Of a stretch of 64,000 bases of DNA, positions 53,701 to 64,000 are shown one piece after another. Every line of letters begins with the position of its first letter. Position 1 is the stretch's first letter. Location of the stretch: positions 1,922,001 to 1,986,000 of the forward strand of contig JBHGNT010000002.1 in assembly GCA_043228905.1 (NCBI GenBank), written 5' to 3'. The stretch comes from Azolla caroliniana. Its lineage: Eukaryota > Plantae > Polypodiophyta. The notes beneath the pieces were generated by a model, which saw only the letters and a list, made by a program, of their open reading frames with translations, searched no databases and had not been told where the DNA came from. The translations under genes were made by a program, and so were the position numbers.

Positions 53701-56700
53701 TGCTCAAATCCATTTGTAGAAACATTGGGAAAGAGATTCAATATTTATTTTCATGGGAAGTTAAAGACTGAGCACAGTAATGGTGATTCCATTTTTTGTA
53801 TCAGTTGGAAATCCAAAAGATTCGGGAGTCTGGTGATGAACTGGAAAACATCAAATCTGACAGGTACAATATTTTTCCATGGTGTCTCCATGCTCTTAAA
53901 TCTGTTTGAGGTTAAGGTATCTTGTGCATAGGCAAGGCACATTGCAAGTGATTGATCATGTAAGGCATTGCGTATTATAAGGATGGGTCTTTTCTTTTAC
54001 TGCACTGCATCTGATACCATTCATGTGTTCCATGACATATAAAGGGTTCAGATCTTCCTGTCAAAAAAGGCAGGGACTATACCATGTTCTACCACTCTAG
54101 TCTGATCTAGGTTGGCCTCTTTCATGGATGATTAGTAAAAATCATGTCGTGTGGTTTGTGGTCTGAGATTATACAATAGTTATGAACATAGACGAATAGT
54201 TTTTGATACCATGTTATAGAGATCTCTCTACAATGCGCCACCTACACATCTCTATCAAAACAGTCTCTGCTTGTAATGTGCATAAAATAGCAATAAACAT
54301 TTCTACAAACCTATGGATGACTCTGTTATATACCTACCTTCATATATGCAAGATATAGTATTGCCTTGTATTCCTATTTCTAATAATACCTCGCCTCTTT
54401 CATTTGTTATGCTTTTGAACCTCTTGGGTATTGTGTATCATCATCTCATTTGGCTCCAAGATTTCTCCTTCATAACATTTTCGACTCTACTTAACCTCCT
54501 TTTCTATAATCCAGTCAATCTTGTTCAGAGTAGTAGTCACTCTAATTATGTTCAGAGTCCGTGATATTCTTAGTTACTGTTCTCCAGACCAATCCATAGG
54601 CGTCACATATATTGAGCAACTGGCAAATGACCAGTTGCTCACAGGCTAAGTCTGTTTTGCCGGTATGCGGGTAGTAGTAGTAACTATATCATCCAGTCAA
54701 TCTTGTTCAGAGTAGTAGTAACTCTATTTATGTTCAGAGTCTATGATTAGTTGTTGTTCTCCACACAAATTCATAGTAAGTAAGTATTGTTCTCAACTCT
54801 AATTATTCTTAGGTGTTGCATATATTGAGCAATGGTCAGTTGCGCACAGGCTAAGTCTGCGTTGACCTGGGCCATTAGTTTGATGTTGGCCAAAGGTCAA
54901 ATCCATCATCAATCAATGGTAGAGGCCCTTTTCTTGCTTTATAGACAACTCTATTATGGATGAGCTTATCGTGGTGTACTGTGCAAGACATTAATTTCAG
55001 TTCCATTGATAGAAATTTGTCCTAACACATATTTCTAACATTATACATGATAGAAATTTCTTATAGTCTACTTCAGTTAGTTCATGCTTTCATACTCTGA
55101 AGTTTGTGCCAACATAATGCAATTTAATCACTGTAAACATCCATGTGAACAGGGCAGTTCTACTTGCTTCCAAAACAGGAAGTATTTTTGAGAAATGGAA
55201 ACATCTCTTCAAGAGAAGTTAGCTTATTGATGTAGATGCATTCAATTTATCTTAATTGTTTTCTTGCTATTAAAGGCTTTAGGGGAAGCCTTAACGACTA
55301 TATTTGATTGAAACTATACAGGAACACGCAAACTAACATTGACCTTGACAAAGGAGAGGGATATGCTTGTGGCCTTCCTATGGAGGTGAGAAAAGAAATC
55401 ATTTGGTAAGGCCTGGTAATTTCTGAACTTTGATTGTGTCTCTGTAAACCCACACTTTTCTTTTCCAGTATTGCATGGAAAAAATATAATCTCCTGAATA
55501 TCCCTGGATGTGGATTATGAGCTATTTAGTTATGCAATAGCTTCATAACAAGAAAGGTTACCATGTTTATGAAAATTAGATATCCTTTTAAATGTGTTAA
55601 TCAGTAGCTGCAGGGGCATAGAAGAGACCCTGATGCATTGTATTTGGAACTTTGTTTTACAGAATATTTGATTTAGATCTCTTACATTGGTCTACTTAGC
55701 TATTTCAGAACACACTAAGGAGCCATAGCATGAATCAGATCTATATAGTTTCCTCTCTTGTGGATATAAGGATATATAAGTCATCAACTACATTACTGAT
55801 TTGAACCCCAGTATATGGGCTAATAGAAACATGTCTTACCACTGCTGGAGGGTTGACTTTCTGAACCTACCACTACTTCATTATAACATTTATTACATAG
55901 TTCTCTCTCTCTCTCTCTGTACCATAACTCATTGTGTTCCTTGATCCCCTTTCACAAATGCATCTGTTACAAACCCCACTCTCATTTTTGCATTTAACGG
56001 TTTCAGCCTCGCTAAGAAATATATTCTTATTTACTTTATTTTCTGCTGGCGCTATCATCTTTGGTACCTTATGACTCTTCATAACAGCTCTCTCTAGGGT
56101 AAAGGATATATGGGATTGCCCAAAGTTAAGCAGTGCATCATAGACACTGTTGTGGCATGGCAATTCAAACAGATGTTTAAGGATTATGAATTTCAGACAA
56201 GGAAATGTACAAAAGTTCATATGATATGGACAAACATTAATTATAGTCTCTTGCACAAATGGGAGAATTATTTCATCACCTTTTTGTGATTATACCGAAA
56301 TTTGAAAGTTCTCTTCCTTGTTTATTTTGTGGTAGATAAGGTGTATGATCCTTGCTAACTTCGGAAAGTTTGATGCCAGATTACATGTTGAATTTGATCT
56401 TGGATTATATTATTGAAAATTATGGAAATTTAGGAAACTATACCCTTGGCTCAGAAATACGTATATTCTGTCCAATCAAGGATTGCTTGTTCTCATTATT
56501 GAGATATGTAGGCTACAAAATAGAACAAGGACCATCAGTCTTCATTCACAAAATAGCTATACCTAGTATCATGAGCCATAAATTTTCTGGTATGCCCTGA
56601 ATGTACTTTGTAAATAATATATGCTTCTAACGTTCTGCGTATGAGGATATCAGTTCTGAAAAGCATAATAAATGTCTGTAGAATCGATTATTGCGGTTAT

Positions 56701-59586
56701 CAGGTTAGGGCAAGTATAATCTGATTTACCTGTCGTCTTCAACTTGTAGAGAACTGCTAAGACTAGCTACAAGGAATGGAAAGATGTATGGACACAAACT
56801 CAAGAATGTGGTTTACCAGAGGAGATGACCCATATAAGCATTGAAATTGATGAACCTGAGTGTTTGGATGATATCTCAAATCATGATCCAGGTAAATTCT
56901 TTCAACTTTGAATCATAGCAAAAATAATTCATGATACCAATGTTGTCCCCTCCAGGTTATTTTGGTTATTAGTATATGGTGTAGAATATCGTGGGGGTGG
57001 ATTATGTCTCTAGCTTCATTCAGATAATTAGACTAACTAACTGAAGGTTCATTACATTACTGGAGTATCTAATGGAATGTCCATTTTAATCACCAGAAGA
57101 AAATGATACAACAAAGCAGGAACCAGACGAGGTAACATTCGGTGGTATTGAAACTTCTCCTGAGGACCTAGTTCCAGATCCTTTGTCCCAGGGGGTCCTC
57201 AAAGAGTTAGAGGCAATATTAGTAATCATAGATCAGTATCATCTGAGTTGTATTTACAGTCGACATTGGCAGTTACGTGACAAGGGTCTATTGGATTTGG
57301 ACAAGCGTTTGAATACACATGGAGTAATTGAGTCCATTTCGACTATCAGGTAAGAAAGGTTATTTGTTTTCTTAATCTCTTTTGTAACTTGAGAAGTGTG
57401 GACTTTCATTTCATTAATTTTCTTTATTGTCTGGAGTATTATCCCTCTTTAGGGCTACAGTGAAGGTGTTGACTCGTGCTCTTAATGATAAAGTTTCAAA
57501 TGTATATCAGACTGCTCTTCAGGTATTTTTCATCAAAATGCAGCATTTTATCCCGTTGACATAGGTACACATTATTATTTTTGTTATCCTCAGATGTCCT
57601 CTTGTATGAATGACTCATGCTTTATTTCCAATTATTAATGAAAAACTGTTGGAAAATTCTCACTTGTTGTAGGGATGCATCCCCCTATCAATTTGAGATC
57701 ACATTACCTGTACTTTTCTGGATACTGGGAACTAGACCAGTGGTCACTGAAGCCACTTTCCCAAATGGTCAGTTGTAGAGAATGCAGGAATTCCTCCAAC
57801 CAGGTGACCCACGACTAGATATTTACTCATCAAAGCAGCCACCTACTGTTGGTATGAGCAAAAGCTTTCATGACTTGGAAATTGATTCTGTTTCCTTCAT
57901 CAATACAATTACTTGGTGGTGGTATGCTTGGGACTATTCTTGCTAGAACTCAAAAGATGTAGAAGTTGTTGGACAACAATACAATCACAACTCAACGAAG
58001 AACCATCACAAGTTTCTATAGTTCCATCACTTCTTCTCATGCTACAAGTCAATCAAGGGCTACACATCCAGGGTCTGGTCCAGGGGTTATAATACGTTGG
58101 GAAATAGTTATTTATCATGCATGTTGGCCATGTCAATTTGGATCAGAACCTCCTCACCCTTGTCATCAATGGATAAAGGCCATTATCAGCCAACATCGAA
58201 GGTGCTTCTCCACCAATGTTGGAGAACATTCAAAGGCAGAACTTTCAGTCTATCTAAGTTCAGAATGTTGAGTGCTTAGTTAACAAGATTTTTTTTGTAT
58301 CTTAGGAAGTTCTACTAATTTAGTTATATTTATTCTGGTTTGTTGTTATGCAAGTCAAACCGATATTTTAAGATGCAGTCTCTCATTTGGTCTGAGCATA
58401 TATCTTTCTTTATCTTATGAATCATGTACTCGAGTACACTCTTTGATCCATAAATTTCCTATAAGTAATTGGGATGCATGTGTGACATTCATATTCTGGA
58501 TGTATTTTTCCATGGAAATCGAAACTTATCTTTTCCTTCTTGTTCTAGGTGTTGCGCTCATTTGTTCAAAGATATCATACTGATTTACCGAGCAAAGAGT
58601 TGCATAGCTGTGTAAATGGTATTGTCATTGTACTGCTGGATAAATTAGGACACTCAAATGTTCGGATAAGAGAAGCGACCTCCGAAACACTCCTCTTTCT
58701 TGCGATGAACAAGGAAATTGGATTGAATTGTATAGCTCCCCATCTACTCAAGCCTCCGAAATCCCAGGTTGGAATCAATAATATAGTTTGTTATCTTGCC
58801 ATTTGACCTTAATGCTGTCTAAAACCTTTTCTTCTCTAGGCAACATGGAAGCCGATTCTTGGGCGTCTACAACTACTTTTTGTTGCAATTCCAATGTTTG
58901 GGATCCAGTCTCAATGTCCATTTGGGTTCTCTTTGGAATGTCTTATGGCCTTCATCATCCATAGCTTTGGGAGCCCGAATGGTGATGTTCGAAATGCTGC
59001 TGTGAAAGCAACGGTTGAAGTGTATAGGTTGATGGGTCCTCCGTTAGAGAAGTTCTTGAAGAGTGTAAAACCTGCCATACATGAGGTATAGAAATTATTT
59101 AAGGGTTTTTTTCTTTATCTTGTCCTTTATATTGGTGATCAGATATGTCAAAATTATAAAAAGAGAACAACAAATCAGTTTGTGTTGTGTCCAACAAAGT
59201 ATGTGAATGAAATTAAGTCCTTTGAGTATAAAATGACAAGCACTTGTGTTAGAACAGGTTTTAATAGAGAAATTTGAGAAGGTATCCAATAGCATTCAGA
59301 AACTGAGTCCCAGGAAGAGCAACTCTCGAGAAGATGAAGAAAAGCCTTCAGAAGAGTTAACGAAGATGAGTAACCGTAAAACAGCCAAAGAACAAAAAGA
59401 ACAGACGTTTAAAGAAAATCAGGTATTGGTCTAATGATTTTGCATGTATTATATCCCATCGAAATAGAAGTAAATTTTTTTACCATAAGATAATTGTAAC
59501 AACTGATCATTTACAAGTTGTCTCAGTGTACATGTGTTTTTTTTGTTTATCAGCCTGCTATACCTGTAAGAGCAAAGAAATCATGA
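47735..59586 (+). CDS. CEP104: CEP104/FAP256-like centrosomal/ciliary-tip protein, many exons (first six: 47735-47893, 48290-48354, 48748-48835, 48941-49023, 49853-49991, 51994-~52072; last 59554-59586)
   Basis: Jelly-roll motifs FSGQDEDFPATEL..GWQSPRFCSYPQE..QILCHEYKIASKVE..FVSLDAN..YQARELK..N.YNQVGIVAL; UVR-like coils (AVENEQYDEAKRLK, KQAAVLEEDYDCAK); TOG/HEAT region (YSRHWQLRDKGL, LNDKVSNVY, LLDKLGHSNVRIRE, NGDVRNAAVK). Some middle exons are uncertain. Confidence 0.88.
50975..51305. repeat. Tandem duplication of a ~177-bp unit in a CEP104 intron
   Basis: AAAAAACCTGAATAGAAGATG...TTTGGGACT...TTACATTTTCTGGG occurs at ~50986 and ~51163. Confidence 0.8.
52280..52850 (+). mobile_element. LINE remnant in a CEP104 intron
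   Basis: RSKLRLLYTLVTPTLLHGIEIWG resembles the post-RT motif of non-LTR elements; followed by stops. Confidence 0.5.
54510..54862. repeat. Tandem duplication of a ~182-bp unit in a CEP104 intron
   Basis: ATCCAGTCAATCTTGTTCAGAGTAGTAGT...CATATATTGAGCAA...CACAGGCTAAGTCTG occurs twice. Confidence 0.8.
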
Positions 59587-59635
59587 AGAAAGCAATGGTG
59601 AGAATTTTCATTACTTTGCTATGATATCAAACTCC

Positions 59636-61418
59636 TTAACTTACCATAACTCATGTAAGCAAGAACTTAAATCTGCATTTCCCATTACTGATCTTTGATC
59701 CATGACCTACTTCTTAGGCATAGAGGTAAAAGGAAATAAAAGCCTAGGCATAATATCACAATCACAATCACAATATATAGATGCACTGCAAGCCCATCTC
59801 TACTCCACTCCCCAATACATGCAAGTTATCTAGTGAAGATAGTCCCAAATTATCCAAAGAAAGAAAGAAATATATATATATTAATGTCTTTAAAGAAGTG
59901 AAAAATGACCTATGAGACCAAACAACAGATTACATCTTAAGTGTTGTCTTGTCTTTGAGAACAAGAAATCAAAATAAAATAAAAGAAGAATTACAAATTA
60001 GAGACATTCTATATAAACAAATAATTGGCTCCGTTAGGTACCTAATTAGTTTCACTAGACCATACCTATGTTTTAGTGTTGGCCTACTTCCAAGATTCAT
60101 GACTAATCATGGCCCCAAATAGTGGCAAGCCCTAAAGTCCGTAGATACCTCAAACACACTAAAAACATGTGTAACTTACAAAGTCATACAATTTGAATCG
60201 GCCAACTGAATGTTGAGTGGCTGGACAAATGCCTCATTTATCCTCCATGGTTGGACCCATTCCGATTGAGGGGACATGTAGATGATCACAAATCTGCAAG
60301 TGATTATATATATATTTTTGTTGAAGGATCAATGATGTGAAAATCAAAGAAACGGGCAATAGTTGCACAATCATCAATAGAAGCTGAGTATGTTGTTCCT
60401 ACTCTAGTCGTCAAAGGAGGAATCTGGCTTAAAGCTATACTTGAAATCAACCTCTTTGAAATACGATTGGAGATAAATTGCGACAACCAATCTTGCATAA
60501 AGCTTGTAAGTAATCCAAGGATGATTGACAACATAAGACACATATCCTTCAAAGTAGCATTTCCTAAGGGATTTAATTGAATACAAGAAGATCAATTTAA
60601 AGTTTATGCCATCAACCTCCATGTAGGAAATGATGCTTTGAAGGATATGTGACTTATGTTGTCACTCATCCTTGGATTACTTGCAAGTTTTATGCATGAC
60701 TGGTTGTCACAATTTATCTCTAATGGTTATACTTCAAAGAGATTGATTTCTTAAAGTATAACTTTGAGCCAAATTTCTTCTTTGGTGGCTAGAATAACGA
60801 CAACATACTTAGCTTTTGTTGAGATAGTGCAACTGTTGCTTGTTTCTTTGATCTCCATGTCATTTCTCCTTCAACAAAGATATATATAAGCACTTGTAGA
60901 TTTGTGATAATCCATATCTCCCCCCCAATCGGAATGGGTCCAACCATGAAGGATACATGAGGGATTTGTCCTTCTAGTCAACATTGGGTTGGTCGATTTA
61001 AATTGTATGCATTTGTAAGTTAAACATAAGTTTTTAGTGTGTTTGAGGTATGCCATTGTTTGGGGCCATGTTTTGTCATGAATCGTGGAAGTAGGCCAAC
61101 ACTAAAGCATAGGTGTGGTCCAGTGTAACTAATTAGGTACCTAATGGAATGTCTCTCATTTCTAATTCTTCTTTGGATGATTTGGGCCTATCTTCATTGG
61201 ACAACTTGCATGAACTGGAGAGTGGAGTAGAGATGGGTTTGCAGTGCATCATATCAAAGTGTTTTAAGATGCCATCTACATATTATGATTGTGATATTGG
61301 GCATTGGCATTTATTTCTTTTACCTCTATGCCTAAGAAGTAGGTCATGGATCCAAGGTCGGTAATGGGAAATGTTGATTTAAATTCTTGTTCACATGAGT
61401 GATGGTAAGTTAAAGGTG
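59636..61418. repeat. Long inverted repeat (arms ~59636-60566 and ~60624-61418, loop ~57 nt) built from degenerate copia RT/RNase H sequence
   Basis: The arms are reverse complements along their length (e.g. ATCCATGACCTACTTCTTAGGCATAGAGGTAAA vs TTTACCTCTATGCCTAAGAAGTAGGTCATGGAT). They encode remnants YFLGIEV, YKQIIGS, SDWGGD..KSTSAY, SKK..VAQSSIEAEY, CDNQS. Confidence 0.92.
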
Positions 61419-64000
61419 CTTTTTTCAAGAAGACATTTGCTATGATATCATAAATATGATGTCTTGTATTAGACTCTTATGTTCCAAATTGTAATTCAGA
61501 AGGGAATCTATCATGTAATGGTGCTGAAGGTTTCAGTATCTTATCAAAGGCTTATTTTTTATGAAAAAAGGCATTTGCGTACATCTGCTCCTTTGAGATT
61601 TTTTTAGAATATCCCTAGTGTTCTTTTAGATTTTCAAAAGTACCCTTCAGTCACTGCACTAGGTTTTTTGCCTTCTCATTTGTATCCTATTAAATGGTTA
61701 CCTAGGCTTATATGCAGAACAACTTATTTCAATTATACTCATATGGGCACAACATGTGTGGCCATGTTTTGAACAAGAGAGATAAATAGTACCAATCTCA
61801 AGACTCTGGGCAATGTCTGGTGGCTATACACACCTTGGCCTAATTCATTACACATTACTGATATTCTATGACCATTTTATCAGGAAAAGGGTTACAATGC
61901 TATAGCGCGTGGTTGGCTATACATGCCTTGGCTTAATATGTTATACATGACCGATATTCCATGTATAAACTAAAATAGAAAAACCATTGGGTGATATAAG
62001 GATATGGTGATCCCAGCACCATAAGTGGGTCACTTACACACATGAATTAGAAGAGTGGAGTGCTTTTAGGGGAACCTTGCATGTCTCTGTTGCTAGTTTA
62101 TGCCTATGGTGAACCATATATATCATGGATGTTCAGATTATGCATCTAGCATTCTAAACTTCAATATGGTGTTTGAACTTCATGTTTAACTTTTTATGAT
62201 TTCCATCATTTGTATTTGCATTGATATATATATCGTATAATATAGATGACAAATGTTTCCATTATTTTGTATATAGATAGCATTGTTTCAATGCATTAAT
62301 AATGCACATCATGGAAGGAGAAAAGTATGCGATTAGTTCTTTAATGATGCTTCGTCCAGATTAAAGGTGGATGTGGAAGAAAAGTAGATCCCAATTGTCC
62401 AAATGTGGGCAATGTAATGCCATTCATTTTGATAGTGTTGTACACATCTCTATGTCTACATGTCTTAAATTTCAGTGAATTAAAAGTTGGTTTTGCATAT
62501 TCTGTCTAGAAGAATGTGAGCTTACAGACATGCTTGAGGTGGTATTATAGAAGCCTTTGACGAAGTAGTATTTTAGTGCCACATGCGTATATCATGAGTT
62601 CTTGGAAATCACCTAACCATTGGTTACATTATTCTAAAAGATTGTTTCCATAATCAACAATTAAGGTAAAAATGAAAAGCTTGAAAAACATCTGAGATTG
62701 ACTTTAATGATAGTCCGCTGACCCATGAAATGTGGATTCTCCTGTTTTCATTGTAATTCCTTTAATGGGTGTACACGTTAAATATAGTTTCCAAACATAA
62801 GTAGTTAAATATAGTTTCCAAACATAAGTAATTAAATTAGCAACGTATGCTACTATTGGTAAGTATTAAATGATCAGTGCACCTCAATGCTTCAAGAGTA
62901 CATTAAATGTATGATCATTGCAGTATAATTGAACGTGTACTAGTTTTGTATCTTTGATCTTTGTAAATGATAAGTATAATGTAAAACCAAAGACTTAGGA
63001 ATGATAATATGGAGATGATTAAAGCATTAGTGACACTTGTATTGCTATTGGTGATAGGTATAATTTGTTGATGTAATGTATTGCCTTGCTATTGGTAAGT
63101 GGACTATCTTCACAGCATATTATGCCATTTTACAAACTGATTGGTAATACGTTACGTGAACAAATTGTGACATCAAAAGGTCATGCTATTGTTCCATGTG
63201 TTATGATTAATCAAATCCATCATGTTGATCTATTAAACTAGTGATGATCACATGGTCATTGAAAGCATGGTAGCCAAACAAAAAATAAATGCATGGTAGT
63301 CAATAAATGCCATGCTTTCACTCCAAAATAAATGCACAAAAAATTAGGCATTTGATTGTGATGCGAACAAAATGTTTCGCTTGATAGTGGCCAAACCATT
63401 TTTCTATCAAAGGAACATGGGAGCTATACATTTCCAACTCTATGTGCCCATCGGTCGTAATGTTAAAAGGTGACAAAGCTTGTTTACATGGTAAGGTTAA
63501 GATGGGAAATCATGCAACACCACACTAGAAAGTAGTAGATAAATTGTTGATGCTAAAACACTTGCTAAAGGGCATTGCTATTGGAGTGTGGAAAGTAAAT
63601 GATGTATGCATTCATATGATAATAATTTAGGAAGTTAACTATTGGTATAACCAAATAGTAGTTTAATACACATAAAGCTCAATATCTTCATGAGTTTATA
63701 AATAGAGAACCATCGATACAAATTTGATGAATACAATGCATGTGTATCTAGCTTGAAACAATTGATTTAGAATGGTAAATTCAAGAAAGTGGTAGGTTGG
63801 TTGAGTGTGTGATTATGCATGTTCAAACATAAGTTCGTATGAACATTGAACACAAGCCCATGTTAATATGTGCAAAATCATTCGTATGAGAAGAGCTTTT
63901 TGTTCAGCTCATTGTCATTGGACAAAAGAATCATGAAGAAACAAGATATGAGTGATGGGGAGCCTTGATGAGGTTGTAGATACAGATGTAAACGCAAGAA

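Noticed and set aside
57650-58280. Higher-complexity segment in a CEP104 intron (ORF 57966-58271)
   Set aside because: Multiple stops in the frames examined and no recognisable motif; probably an old TE fragment that I cannot classify.
62380-62440. CGQC-encoding stretch as a possible CEP104 zinc-finger exon
   Set aside because: No supporting splice sites or remaining finger residues; flanked by stops.

Overview
Eukaryotic, intron-rich land-plant nuclear DNA. A CEP104/FAP256 ciliary gene beside MLO, PPR, B3 and LTP genes suggests a plant with flagellated sperm, most likely a fern (inference). 1-11.1 kb is a retroelement nest on the - strand: a Ty1/copia element (tRNA-iMet PBS, 293-bp LTR) inserted into the integrase of a decayed Ty3/gypsy element, followed by a 5'-truncated LINE. 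The gypsy element has a tRNA-Trp PBS and a gag-PR / RT-RH-IN layout joined by a -1 slippery site. Next come a subtilase pseudogene, a two-B3-domain gene, TMEM147, a GPI-anchored nsLTP, a divergent MLO, degenerate gypsy remnants, a P-class PPR gene and CEP104. The most unusual structure is a ~1.8-kb fold-back made of two inverted copia RT/RNase H fragments, flanked by a 15-bp direct repeat, about 30 bp past the predicted CEP104 stop codon: a candidate hairpin-siRNA locus. Gene models were built by eye from splice signals and recalled protein motifs; no searches were run.
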